From positions 1 to 53,779 of IMG/VR virus record IMGVR_UViG_3300012933_000343: 53,779 nt of DNA. One strand, 5' to 3'. Every line of letters begins with the position of its first letter. Position 1 is the stretch's first letter. This DNA is from a virus. The translations under genes were made by a program, and so were the position numbers. The notes under the pieces were generated by a model, which was not told the DNA's origin, searched no databases, and worked only from the letters and a program-made list of their open reading frames with translations. Below, piece by piece: positions 7,188-14,569 of the stretch.

Positions 7188-7284
7188 TTCGGTGGGGCTC
7201 GATCCGGTTAGCTACCGGGTGACACATGGCCTGACCCTGGCGAGGGCTGCCCCACCTTTTATTCGCCATCAACAAAAGCCAGGC

Positions 7285-9873
7285 ATGACGGACACAAAAA
7301 CAACAGGGCAGAGGGACCCCATTTCCCTTGAGACAGCGGAGCGCATGCTCTCGTTTGTTCGCGGTGTTGATGACCGCGAGACCTGGGTGAAGATGGCATT
7401 CATCCTCAAAGAAGAATTCGGCGAGCCCGCCTTTGACGCGTGGGACGCCTGGAGCCAGCAGGGCTCAAACTACAAACCAATCGACGCCCGCGACGTCTGG
7501 AAATCGTGCAAGCCCGGTGGCAGCTCCAAACGCGCCACCATCGGCACGCTGATCGCCCTAGCCAAAGAGGGCGGCTATAAATCCACCGCCCAAGACCGCA
7601 AGCCGGTCGACCACGAGGAGCGCCAGCGCCGGATCGCAGAGCGCGAGGCCCGCATGGCTGCCGAGGAGGCGCAGGCCAAAATTGATCGCGACGCCGCCGC
7701 CACCCGCGCGGCCGAGATGTGGGCCCGGGCCACGGTGGTCACCAGCCACCCTTATGCGCAGCGCAAACTGATCGAGCCCGATGGCGCTCGCATGCTGGGC
7801 GACGAGCTGCTTATTCCGCTGCGCCACGGGCCCGGCGCACTGGTCGGCCTCCAACGCATCAAGTCCGACGGCACCAAGTTGTTTCTCAAGGGCACGCCCT
7901 CGGGCGGTGCTTACACGGTGCTGGGCAAGCCCAACAAGCAGGGCACCATCGTGATCGCCGAGGGCTGGGCCACTGCCTGCTCCATCCGGCAGGCCACCGA
8001 GCACTGCGTGGTGGTCGCCTTCAACAGCGGCAACCTCCTGCCGGTCGCCCGCAAGATCCGCGCGGCCATGCCCGAGGCCCGCATGATCATTGCGGCCGAC
8101 GACGACTTCCAGACCAAAGGCAACCCCGGCATCACCGACGCCCGCAAAACGGCGATCGATGTCAACGCCCTGCTGGCCATCCCGGTTTGGTCCTCCGAGC
8201 GCGGGTCCGGTACCGACTTCAACGATCTGCACCTGGCCGATGGCTTGATCGCGGTCGAGGACTGCATCATGAGGGCCGACCCACCGGTTTCGCCCGATCC
8301 ACCACCGCAGCCGCCCGAGCCAACACCGGACCCAACGCCGGACCCAACGGACGACACCCCACCTTGGGACGACCACTCCGGCGACGGGCCACCGGACGAC
8401 ATTCCGCCCGACGATTACAGCGACCCGTCCCCACCGGACTCGGACGACGAGCGGATGATCTTCTCATCCTCGCCCATGAAAACCGCCAGCCTGTTCCACG
8501 ACACGCTGCCCGAGAAGGGCCGCATCCTGCACTGGCGCGGCGAGTTCTACAGCTGGGACGCCACGCGGTATGTCACCCGGGACCGGGTCTACATCGACCA
8601 GCGCCTCTACCACTTCATGGCCAAGTGTGTGACGCTCAAGGTCCACCCCAAGACCGGCGCGTCCGAGACGGTGGCCTTCAACCCGAAGTCCTCCACGGTC
8701 AACGACGTGGCCCACGCCCTGCGCGCGGTCTGCTACGCCGACCTGCCCGAGCCGCAGGTTTGGATTGACGACAAGCCTGGCGACGTTGCGGCCCATGAGA
8801 TCGTGGCCTTCAAAAACGGCTTCCTGCACCACCCAAGTCGGGAGCTGCTGCCCTCCACCGATCGCCTGTTTTGCACCTCGGCGCTGGACTTCAACTTCAC
8901 GCCCGAGGCCCCGCCGCCCACCGAATGGCTCAAATTCCTGCACAGCCTCTGGCCCGACGACCCCGAGTCGATCACCACGCTGGCCGAGATGTTTGGCTAC
9001 CTGCTGACCGACGACACCAGCCAACAAAAGATGTTCATGCTGATCGGCCCACCGCGCTGCGGCAAGGGCACCATCCTGCGCATCTTGGAAGCACTGGTCG
9101 GATACGCCAACCGGGTCAGCCCAAGCCTGGCGTCCCTGGGCACCCAGTTCGGCCTGCAGCCCCTGATTGGCAAGCGCCTGGCCATGATCTCCGACGCCCG
9201 CCTCTCCGGCCGCGCCGATCAGCAGCCCATCGTGGAAAACCTGCTGCGCATCTCCGGCGAGGACACCATCACGATTGACCGCAAGAACATGACCGCTTGG
9301 TCCGGCAAGATGGCCATCCGCTTTGTGCTCGCCTCCAACGAGCTGCCCGCCTTTTCGGACGCCTCGGCAGCGCTGGCCAACCGCTTCTTGCCCTTCAAGT
9401 TCAACACCAGCTTCCTGGGCAAAGAGGACCATGGCCTCACCGCCCGCCTGCTCAAAGAGCTGCCCGGCATCGTGATCTGGGCCCTCGACGGGCTTGGCCG
9501 TTTGAACCAGCGCGGCTACTTCCAACGCCCCACATCAGCCGACGAGCTGGCCGCCGACTTGGTCGATCAGACCAGCCCGATCCGGTCCTTTGTGCAAGAG
9601 ATGTGCATAGTTGGAGAGATCTACCAAGCCGACCGCGACGAGCTTTTCAAGGCTTGGAAGACCTGGTGCGAGGCTCAGGGCCGCGACCACGCGGGCACCA
9701 AAGTGTCGTTTGGCCGCCAGCTTTCAGCCGCCTTCCCTGGCATCAAGCGCAGTCAGCCTCGCGGAAATGGCACAGGATCATCCGGCGCCAACGAGCCTTC
9801 TGGCACAAGATTGAACCTTTACACGGGCATTCGGATGCGCCATGACTGGGAGGCAGACCATGAGCCTTTCTGA
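7285..9873 (+). CDS. Bifunctional DNA primase / SF3 replicative helicase (Toprim + P4/D5-type), 862 aa
   Basis: Track ORF 7192..9873 trimmed to MTDTKTTG... The N-terminal WVKMAFILKEEFG...FDAWDAWS resembles a primase C-terminal (PriCT-like) motif. Toprim signature IVIAEGWATACSI ... IIAADDD. Pro/Asp-rich linker. Walker A GPPRCGKGT and Walker B AMISDAR of P4-family helicases. Confidence 0.85.
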   Translation: MTDTKTTGQRDPISLETAERMLSFVRGVDDRETWVKMAFILKEEFGEPAFDAWDAWSQQGSNYKPIDARDVWKSCKPGGSSKRATIGTLIALAKEGGYKSTAQDRKPVDHEERQRRIAEREARMAAEEAQAKIDRDAAATRAAEMWARATVVTSHPYAQRKLIEPDGARMLGDELLIPLRHGPGALVGLQRIKSDGTKLFLKGTPSGGAYTVLGKPNKQGTIVIAEGWATACSIRQATEHCVVVAFNSGNLLPVARKIRAAMPEARMIIAADDDFQTKGNPGITDARKTAIDVNALLAIPVWSSERGSGTDFNDLHLADGLIAVEDCIMRADPPVSPDPPPQPPEPTPDPTPDPTDDTPPWDDHSGDGPPDDIPPDDYSDPSPPDSDDERMIFSSSPMKTASLFHDTLPEKGRILHWRGEFYSWDATRYVTRDRVYIDQRLYHFMAKCVTLKVHPKTGASETVAFNPKSSTVNDVAHALRAVCYADLPEPQVWIDDKPGDVAAHEIVAFKNGFLHHPSRELLPSTDRLFCTSALDFNFTPEAPPPTEWLKFLHSLWPDDPESITTLAEMFGYLLTDDTSQQKMFMLIGPPRCGKGTILRILEALVGYANRVSPSLASLGTQFGLQPLIGKRLAMISDARLSGRADQQPIVENLLRISGEDTITIDRKNMTAWSGKMAIRFVLASNELPAFSDASAALANRFLPFKFNTSFLGKEDHGLTARLLKELPGIVIWALDGLGRLNQRGYFQRPTSADELAADLVDQTSPIRSFVQEMCIVGEIYQADRDELFKAWKTWCEAQGRDHAGTKVSFGRQLSAAFPGIKRSQPRGNGTGSSGANEPSGTRLNLYTGIRMRHDWEADHEPF

Positions 9874-10100
9874 TTTTTGCCATTTGGCACAACTTAAAGG
9901 TGTGCCAGCACAACCTGGCACGACTTTTTTTAACCCCAAAAAACCTTTGCAACCCTTTGAATTCATTGGTTTTTTTGACTTTGGCACAACCTTGCACAAG
10001 ATAAAACGTATACCACTACATGTGCATGCACACACACGCACGCAAGAAACATATAGACGGGGTGAGGTTTTCTCCTGTTCCACCCGTGCCACCTGTGCCA
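9768..10100. repeat. Cluster of eight TGGCAC(A)/(T)GTGCCA motifs plus an A/T-rich tract; candidate replication origin or iteron/operator array
   Basis: TGGCAC at 9768, 9801, 9885, 9916 and 9982; GTGCCA at 9902, 10086 and 10095. An 11-bp TTTGGCACAAC repeat occurs at 9883-9893 and 9980-9990. A perfect inverted repeat TGGCACA-N9-TGTGCCA lies at 9885-9907. A6 and T7 tracts lie at 9936-9976. Confidence 0.6.
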
Positions 10101-10124
10101 AAGATTTTTTTATACAATAAAAGA

Positions 10125-10331
10125 ATGAAAACCAAAAATGAATCACTCCAACGAGGTCGTCCTTCAAAACACCCGTTTAGGGAACTTGATGTTGGTCAGT
10201 CCTTTCCCGTTCCTTTGAACGCTCAGGAATCCGTCAGGCGCCTTGCTTGGCGTCGAGGATTGGAGCTCAGTCGATCCTTCAGCGTTCGCAAACAACCCGA
10301 TGGCACGTTTCTGTGCACGCGCGTTGCATAA
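10125..10331 (+). CDS. Hypothetical basic protein (68 aa)
   Basis: Track ORF 10020..10331 trimmed to MKTKNESLQRGRPSK... The upstream part of the track ORF covers the AT-rich repeat region. Confidence 0.5.
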   Translation: MKTKNESLQRGRPSKHPFRELDVGQSFPVPLNAQESVRRLAWRRGLELSRSFSVRKQPDGTFLCTRVA

Positions 10332-10356
10332 TCCCCACCACCACCCAAGGCCCCCC

Positions 10357-11715
10357 ATGACCAAATCCACCACGGAAATCGCAGCCGAAAAACTTACCGG
10401 AAACCCTGCCGACAAAATCGAGCAGTGGAGCATCGACAAACTTATCCCCTACGCGCGCAACAGCCGCACGCACTCAGACGAGCAGGTCGGACAAATCGCC
10501 GCCTCGATCAAAGAGTGGGGCTGGACCACTCCAATCCTGGTCGATGAGAACGGCGGCATCATTGCCGGACACGGCCGCACGATGGCCGCACAGCGCCTCA
10601 AAATGACCACGGTCCCTGTCATGGTCGCCACAGGCTGGTCCGAGGCCAAAAAGATGGCCTACATCATTGCCGACAACCGCCTTGCCTTAAACGCCGGGTG
10701 GGACAACGAGATGCTCGCCACCGAGTTCAAAGACCTGCTCGACCTCGGCTTCGACGTCAGCCTCACAGGCTTTTCCGAGGAGGAGATCGACGCCTTGATG
10801 CCACTGGAGCTGGAAGAAGGCCTCACGGACCCCGACGACGCGCCCGAGGCCCCGGTCAACCCAGTCACGGTCCAAGGCGACGTTTGGGTGCTCGGCAAAC
10901 ACCGGCTCTTGTGCGGCGACAGCACCAGCATGGACGACTTGGCCAAGCTGTGCGAAAACCAAGCCGTCGACATGTGGCTGACCGACCCACCCTACAACGT
11001 GGCCTATGAGGGCGGCACCAAAGAGAAGCTGACCATCAAAAACGACGAGATGGGCGACGATCAGTTCCGCCAGTTTCTGCGCGACGCTTACACCGCTGCC
11101 GACTCGGTCATGAAATCCGGCGCGGTTTTCTACATTTGGCACGCTGACTCCGAGGGTTACAACTTCCGGGGCGCTGCCAAGGACGCCGGCTGGACTGTGC
11201 GCCAGTGCTTGATCTGGAAGAAGTCCTCCCTCGTCATGGGCCGCCAGGATTACCACTGGAAGCATGAGCCCTGCCTCTACGGCTGGAAAGACGGCGCGGG
11301 CCACCTCTGGGCTGCCGACCGCAAGCAGACCACCATCCTCGAGTTCGACAAACCCACCCGCAACGGCGAGCACCCGACCATGAAGCCCGTGGCCCTGTTC
11401 GAGTACCAGCTGCTCAACAACACCAAGGGCGGCGACATCGTTTTGGACTCGTTTGGCGGCTCCGGCACCACCCTGATCGCCGCCGAGAAAAACGGCCGAG
11501 TTGCACGGTTGATGGAGTTGGAACCAAAATACTGCGACGTGATCGTGACCCGGTGGCAGCAATTCACCGGCAAGCACGCCCACCTGGAGGCCGACGGTCG
11601 GTCCTTCACCGAGGTGATGGGCGAGCGCAGCCCCAACAGCCTGATCGGCAGCGAGATCGGCAAGGCTGACAAGCCCAAGGTTGAGAAGGCCAAACCTGCA
11701 AAATCGGCCGATTGA
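10357..11715 (+). CDS. ParB-like nuclease domain fused to a beta-class N6A/N4C DNA methyltransferase (452 aa)
   Basis: Track ORF trimmed to MTKSTTEI... N-terminal ParB/Srx pattern (IDKLIPYARNSRTH ... IIAGHGR), then DPPY (LTDPPYNV) preceding the SAM motif VLDSFGGSGTT. Confidence 0.85.
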   Translation: MTKSTTEIAAEKLTGNPADKIEQWSIDKLIPYARNSRTHSDEQVGQIAASIKEWGWTTPILVDENGGIIAGHGRTMAAQRLKMTTVPVMVATGWSEAKKMAYIIADNRLALNAGWDNEMLATEFKDLLDLGFDVSLTGFSEEEIDALMPLELEEGLTDPDDAPEAPVNPVTVQGDVWVLGKHRLLCGDSTSMDDLAKLCENQAVDMWLTDPPYNVAYEGGTKEKLTIKNDEMGDDQFRQFLRDAYTAADSVMKSGAVFYIWHADSEGYNFRGAAKDAGWTVRQCLIWKKSSLVMGRQDYHWKHEPCLYGWKDGAGHLWAADRKQTTILEFDKPTRNGEHPTMKPVALFEYQLLNNTKGGDIVLDSFGGSGTTLIAAEKNGRVARLMELEPKYCDVIVTRWQQFTGKHAHLEADGRSFTEVMGERSPNSLIGSEIGKADKPKVEKAKPAKSAD

Positions 11716-11756
11716 TGACAAAAACAGACCGAATCACTGTCAAAAAGGAGAGATTC

Positions 11757-12224
11757 ATGACAAAAACGACTGAAAAACCGGTTGTAAAAAAGACCGGCAA
11801 AAATGGCGGTGCTCGCGATGGGGCTGGTCGCAACCCATTTGAGCCCACAGAAACCGAGCGCAAGCAAGTGGAGGCTCTGTCGGGCTACGGCCTTCCCCTT
11901 GAGCAGATCGCTGTGCTGGTGCGCAAAAGCATCAGTGTGGAAACCCTGACGACTCACTTCAAAGAGGAGCTGATCAGCGGCAAGGCCAAGGCCAACAGCC
12001 AGGTCGGCCGCACTCTTTACCAGAAGGCGACGGGCGGCGACACCACAGCCATGATCTGGTGGACCAAAACCCAGATGAAGTGGTCCGAGACGCAGAAGGT
12101 CGAGCACACCGGCAAAGACGGCGGCGCGATCGCCCTGTCCAGCGTGGACTTGAAAGGCTTGAACGACAACGAGCTGGCGCAGATGCAAGCGTTGTTGCAA
12201 AAAGCCAACGGGGGTGAGGAATGA
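11757..12224 (+). CDS. terS: Terminase small subunit (155 aa)
   Basis: Track ORF trimmed to MTKTTEK... (aaaggag SD). GAGRNPFEPTETERKQVEALSGYGLPLEQIAVLV...TL..HF..EL..GKAKAN...TLYQKA..GDTTAMIWWTKTQMKW is a typical HTH-type TerS pattern. Located two small ORFs upstream of TerL. Confidence 0.75.
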   Translation: MTKTTEKPVVKKTGKNGGARDGAGRNPFEPTETERKQVEALSGYGLPLEQIAVLVRKSISVETLTTHFKEELISGKAKANSQVGRTLYQKATGGDTTAMIWWTKTQMKWSETQKVEHTGKDGGAIALSSVDLKGLNDNELAQMQALLQKANGGEE

Positions 12225-12529
12225 GCGCCAGCGAACCCATGGACCCGTTCTTCACCACGATGAAAATCCGCGCCTGCGAAGGCGACGCCGCCGGCCAGCT
12301 CTTGCTTGAGGCTTACGGCAAGCAGCAGGTGCAAGCAGCCATGGCCCAGATTGCACCCCGCATTCAGGCCGCCATCGAGCAGTCCGCACTGGACGCGGCC
12401 GTTGCCGAGCGCCAGCGCATCATCGAATGGATGCGCAACGACGACGGCGCAGGCATGAGCGCCAAGGAGTACGCCGACATTTTGGCCATGGGCATCCCAA
12501 CAACACAACCAACCGAGACCCCGCAATGA
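12221..12529 (+). CDS. Hypothetical protein (102 aa)
   Basis: Track ORF; ATGA overlap with TerS. Confidence 0.55.
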   Translation: MSASEPMDPFFTTMKIRACEGDAAGQLLLEAYGKQQVQAAMAQIAPRIQAAIEQSALDAAVAERQRIIEWMRNDDGAGMSAKEYADILAMGIPTTQPTETPQ

Positions 12530-12801
12530 ACAAACCCACCCTTCCCGAGTCCCCCCTGCCCGCCCTGCTGGACCACGACGGTCGCTTTCAGGCCTTGTTC
12601 CCCGAGGACCTGGTGCGCCAGCACGGCGAGGACATGATTGCCTTTGAGCGCGCCCGCATCATTGCCCTGCTGGACACGTTTGCCGTTCAATGCCAAAAGC
12701 AGGCCGAGGCCATGAGCGAGACGGGCCACGCCGATCAACGGCTGGTCAACGCCCAGCACGATGCCGTGCGCCTGCTGCAAGAGGCGATAAACGCCGCATG
12801 A
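12526..12801 (+). CDS. Hypothetical protein (91 aa)
   Basis: Track ORF 12427..12801 trimmed to MNKPTLPES... (ATGA overlap). Confidence 0.55.
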   Translation: MNKPTLPESPLPALLDHDGRFQALFPEDLVRQHGEDMIAFERARIIALLDTFAVQCQKQAEAMSETGHADQRLVNAQHDAVRLLQEAINAA

Positions 12802-12995
12802 CTGCCTCAGCGGCTTACCCGGGCGATGAAGACGTGTTTTGCCATTTGGTCCCGATCGGGGACTTTAAGGAGCATGAGCTATCGCGCGCTTGCTGGTGCC
12901 ACCCACGCCCCGACGAGCAAGTGCCAGAGGTGATGGTCCACAACGCCATGGACCAGCGCGAGCGGCTTGAGCGCGGGGAGATTTACATCCAATGA
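12798..12995 (+). CDS. Hypothetical protein (65 aa)
   Basis: Track ORF 12690..12995 trimmed to MTASAAYPG... (ATGA overlaps on both sides); C..H...C.CH cluster. Confidence 0.5.
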   Translation: MTASAAYPGDEDVFCHLVPIGDFKEHELSRACWCHPRPDEQVPEVMVHNAMDQRERLERGEIYIQ

Positions 12996-14569
12996 GCGCG
13001 CCCGTTTCGCCAGCCGTCATGCTGGACATGATCTCCAAGGAGCAAGCTCGCCGCAGGGCGGGCGCTTCGCTCTACGAGTTCGTCAAGCAGTCTTGGCACG
13101 TCATGGAGCCCGGCGTCCCGTTCGTCCCGAGCTGGCACATCGAGGAGATCTGCGAGCACCTGGAGGCTGTAAGCTGCGGCGACATTCAGCGGCTGCTGAT
13201 CAACATCCCGCCGCGCCACTCCAAGTCCACCATCGTCTCGGTGGCCTGGTGCGCCTGGGAGTGGATCGCCAATCCAGAGCAGAAGTTCTTGGCCGCGTCG
13301 TACTCGGGCACGCTGTCCATCCGGGACAACTTGAAGGCCCGTCGCCTGATCCAGTCGCCTTGGTACCAGGACCGCTTTGGGCATATGTTCAACCTTGCGG
13401 GCGACCAAAACGCCAAGCAGCGCTTCGAGAACGACTGCACCGGCTACCGAATCGCCACCTCGGTGGGCGGTACCGCAACGGGTGAGGGCGGCTCGCGTTT
13501 GATCCTTGACGACCCGCACGGCGCGCAGGACGCGCAGTCCGAGACCATGCGAGAGACCGCGCTCGAGTGGTTCGACATGGTCTGGTCGACCCGGCTGAAC
13601 AACCCCAAGACCGACGCCATGGTCACCGTCATGCAGCGCCTGCATGAGAAGGACATCAGCGGTCACATCCTGAACGACATCGGCGGCTGGGAGCACATCT
13701 GCATCCCTGCCGAGTGGGACGGCAAGAAGCGCAGCACGGTGCTCGGCTCCTACGACCCGCGCACGGTCAAGGGCGAGCTGATCTGTCCGGACCGATTCGG
13801 TGAGGCCGAGATCACCAAGCTCAAGCAACTGCTGGGCACCTACGGCTCGTCTGGCCAGCTGCAGCAGGACCCGTCTCCCACCGAGGGCGGCATCTTGGCC
13901 ACCAAGCACTTTCAGCTTTGGCAGTCGGTTACCCGCCTGCCGCAGTTCGAGTACATCCTGCAAAGCTACGACACCGCGTTCACCGAGCGCACCACGGGCG
14001 ACCCGACCGCCTGCACCGTCTGGGGCGTGTTCTCGCACCGAGGCCTGCGCAACGCGATGCTGCTGGACGCCTGGGACGAGCACCTGTCTTACCCGGACCT
14101 GCGCGCCCGCGTCATCCGGGACTGGACGTCGCAGTACGGCGCGGACGCCAGCCCCAAGGCGGGGATGCCGACCAAGGGCAGGCGGCCCGACCGTTTGCTG
14201 GTCGAGGCGAAGGCCTCGGGGCAGTCGCTGCTGCAGGACCTGCGGTTGGCCAAAGTCCCGGCCGTTGGCTACAATCCCGGGCAAGCGGACAAGGTTTCGC
14301 GGGCGCACCAGGCAGCGCCAACGCTGGAGCTGGGGTTGTTGTGGATTCCCGAGTCCACCAAAAACCCCGGGCAGCCAGTCAGTTGGGCGGCCACCTTTCT
14401 GAAGCAGATCGCCAAGTTCCCTGTCGCAGAGCACGATGACTACGTGGACACCTTCACCCAGGCAGTCATTTTTCTGAAAAACGATGGCTGGTTCGAGCTG
14501 CCGCAAGCAAGCGACGCGGACGAGCCAAGACCGTACAAGAAGGAAAGGTCGAATCCTTATGCCGCCTGA
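12992..14569 (+). CDS. terL: Terminase large subunit (525 aa)
   Basis: ATPase centre LLINIPPRHSKST (Walker A-like) and LILDDPH (Walker B), followed by a nuclease half; size and position after TerS fit. Confidence 0.9.
   Translation: MSAPVSPAVMLDMISKEQARRRAGASLYEFVKQSWHVMEPGVPFVPSWHIEEICEHLEAVSCGDIQRLLINIPPRHSKSTIVSVAWCAWEWIANPEQKFLAASYSGTLSIRDNLKARRLIQSPWYQDRFGHMFNLAGDQNAKQRFENDCTGYRIATSVGGTATGEGGSRLILDDPHGAQDAQSETMRETALEWFDMVWSTRLNNPKTDAMVTVMQRLHEKDISGHILNDIGGWEHICIPAEWDGKKRSTVLGSYDPRTVKGELICPDRFGEAEITKLKQLLGTYGSSGQLQQDPSPTEGGILATKHFQLWQSVTRLPQFEYILQSYDTAFTERTTGDPTACTVWGVFSHRGLRNAMLLDAWDEHLSYPDLRARVIRDWTSQYGADASPKAGMPTKGRRPDRLLVEAKASGQSLLQDLRLAKVPAVGYNPGQADKVSRAHQAAPTLELGLLWIPESTKNPGQPVSWAATFLKQIAKFPVAEHDDYVDTFTQAVIFLKNDGWFELPQASDADEPRPYKKERSNPYAA

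Noticed and set aside
6730-7275. Track ORFs over the tRNA region (6730..7080, 6827..7222, 6916..7275 and the 7192 start of the primase ORF)
   Set aside because: They overlap the tRNA-Tyr gene or the upstream non-coding region. The primase homology-like sequence begins only at MTDTKTT (7285).
9982-9996. Possible sigma-54 promoter: TGGCACAACCTTGCA
   Set aside because: The GG and GC elements are one nucleotide closer (TGGCAC-N4-TTGC) than the strict -24/-12 spacing (TGGCAC-N5-TTGC). The other seven TGGCAC copies have no TTGC partner. The array is better explained as repeated binding sites.
9842-10120. Track ORFs 9842..10120 (+), 9778..10167 (-) and the N-terminal extension of 10020..10331 covering the AT-rich gap
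   Set aside because: They run through the repeat and A/T-tract region, have odd composition (for example PVPPVPPVP from the repeat), and have no SD. Only the 10125 start, with a plausible product, was kept.
14484-14558. Longer N-terminal extension of the ParB-domain protein (track start 14484)
   Set aside because: It would overlap the TerL 3' end by 86 nt in another frame, with an Arg/Ser-rich translation. The ATG at 14559 gives an 11-nt overlap and a sensible N-terminus.
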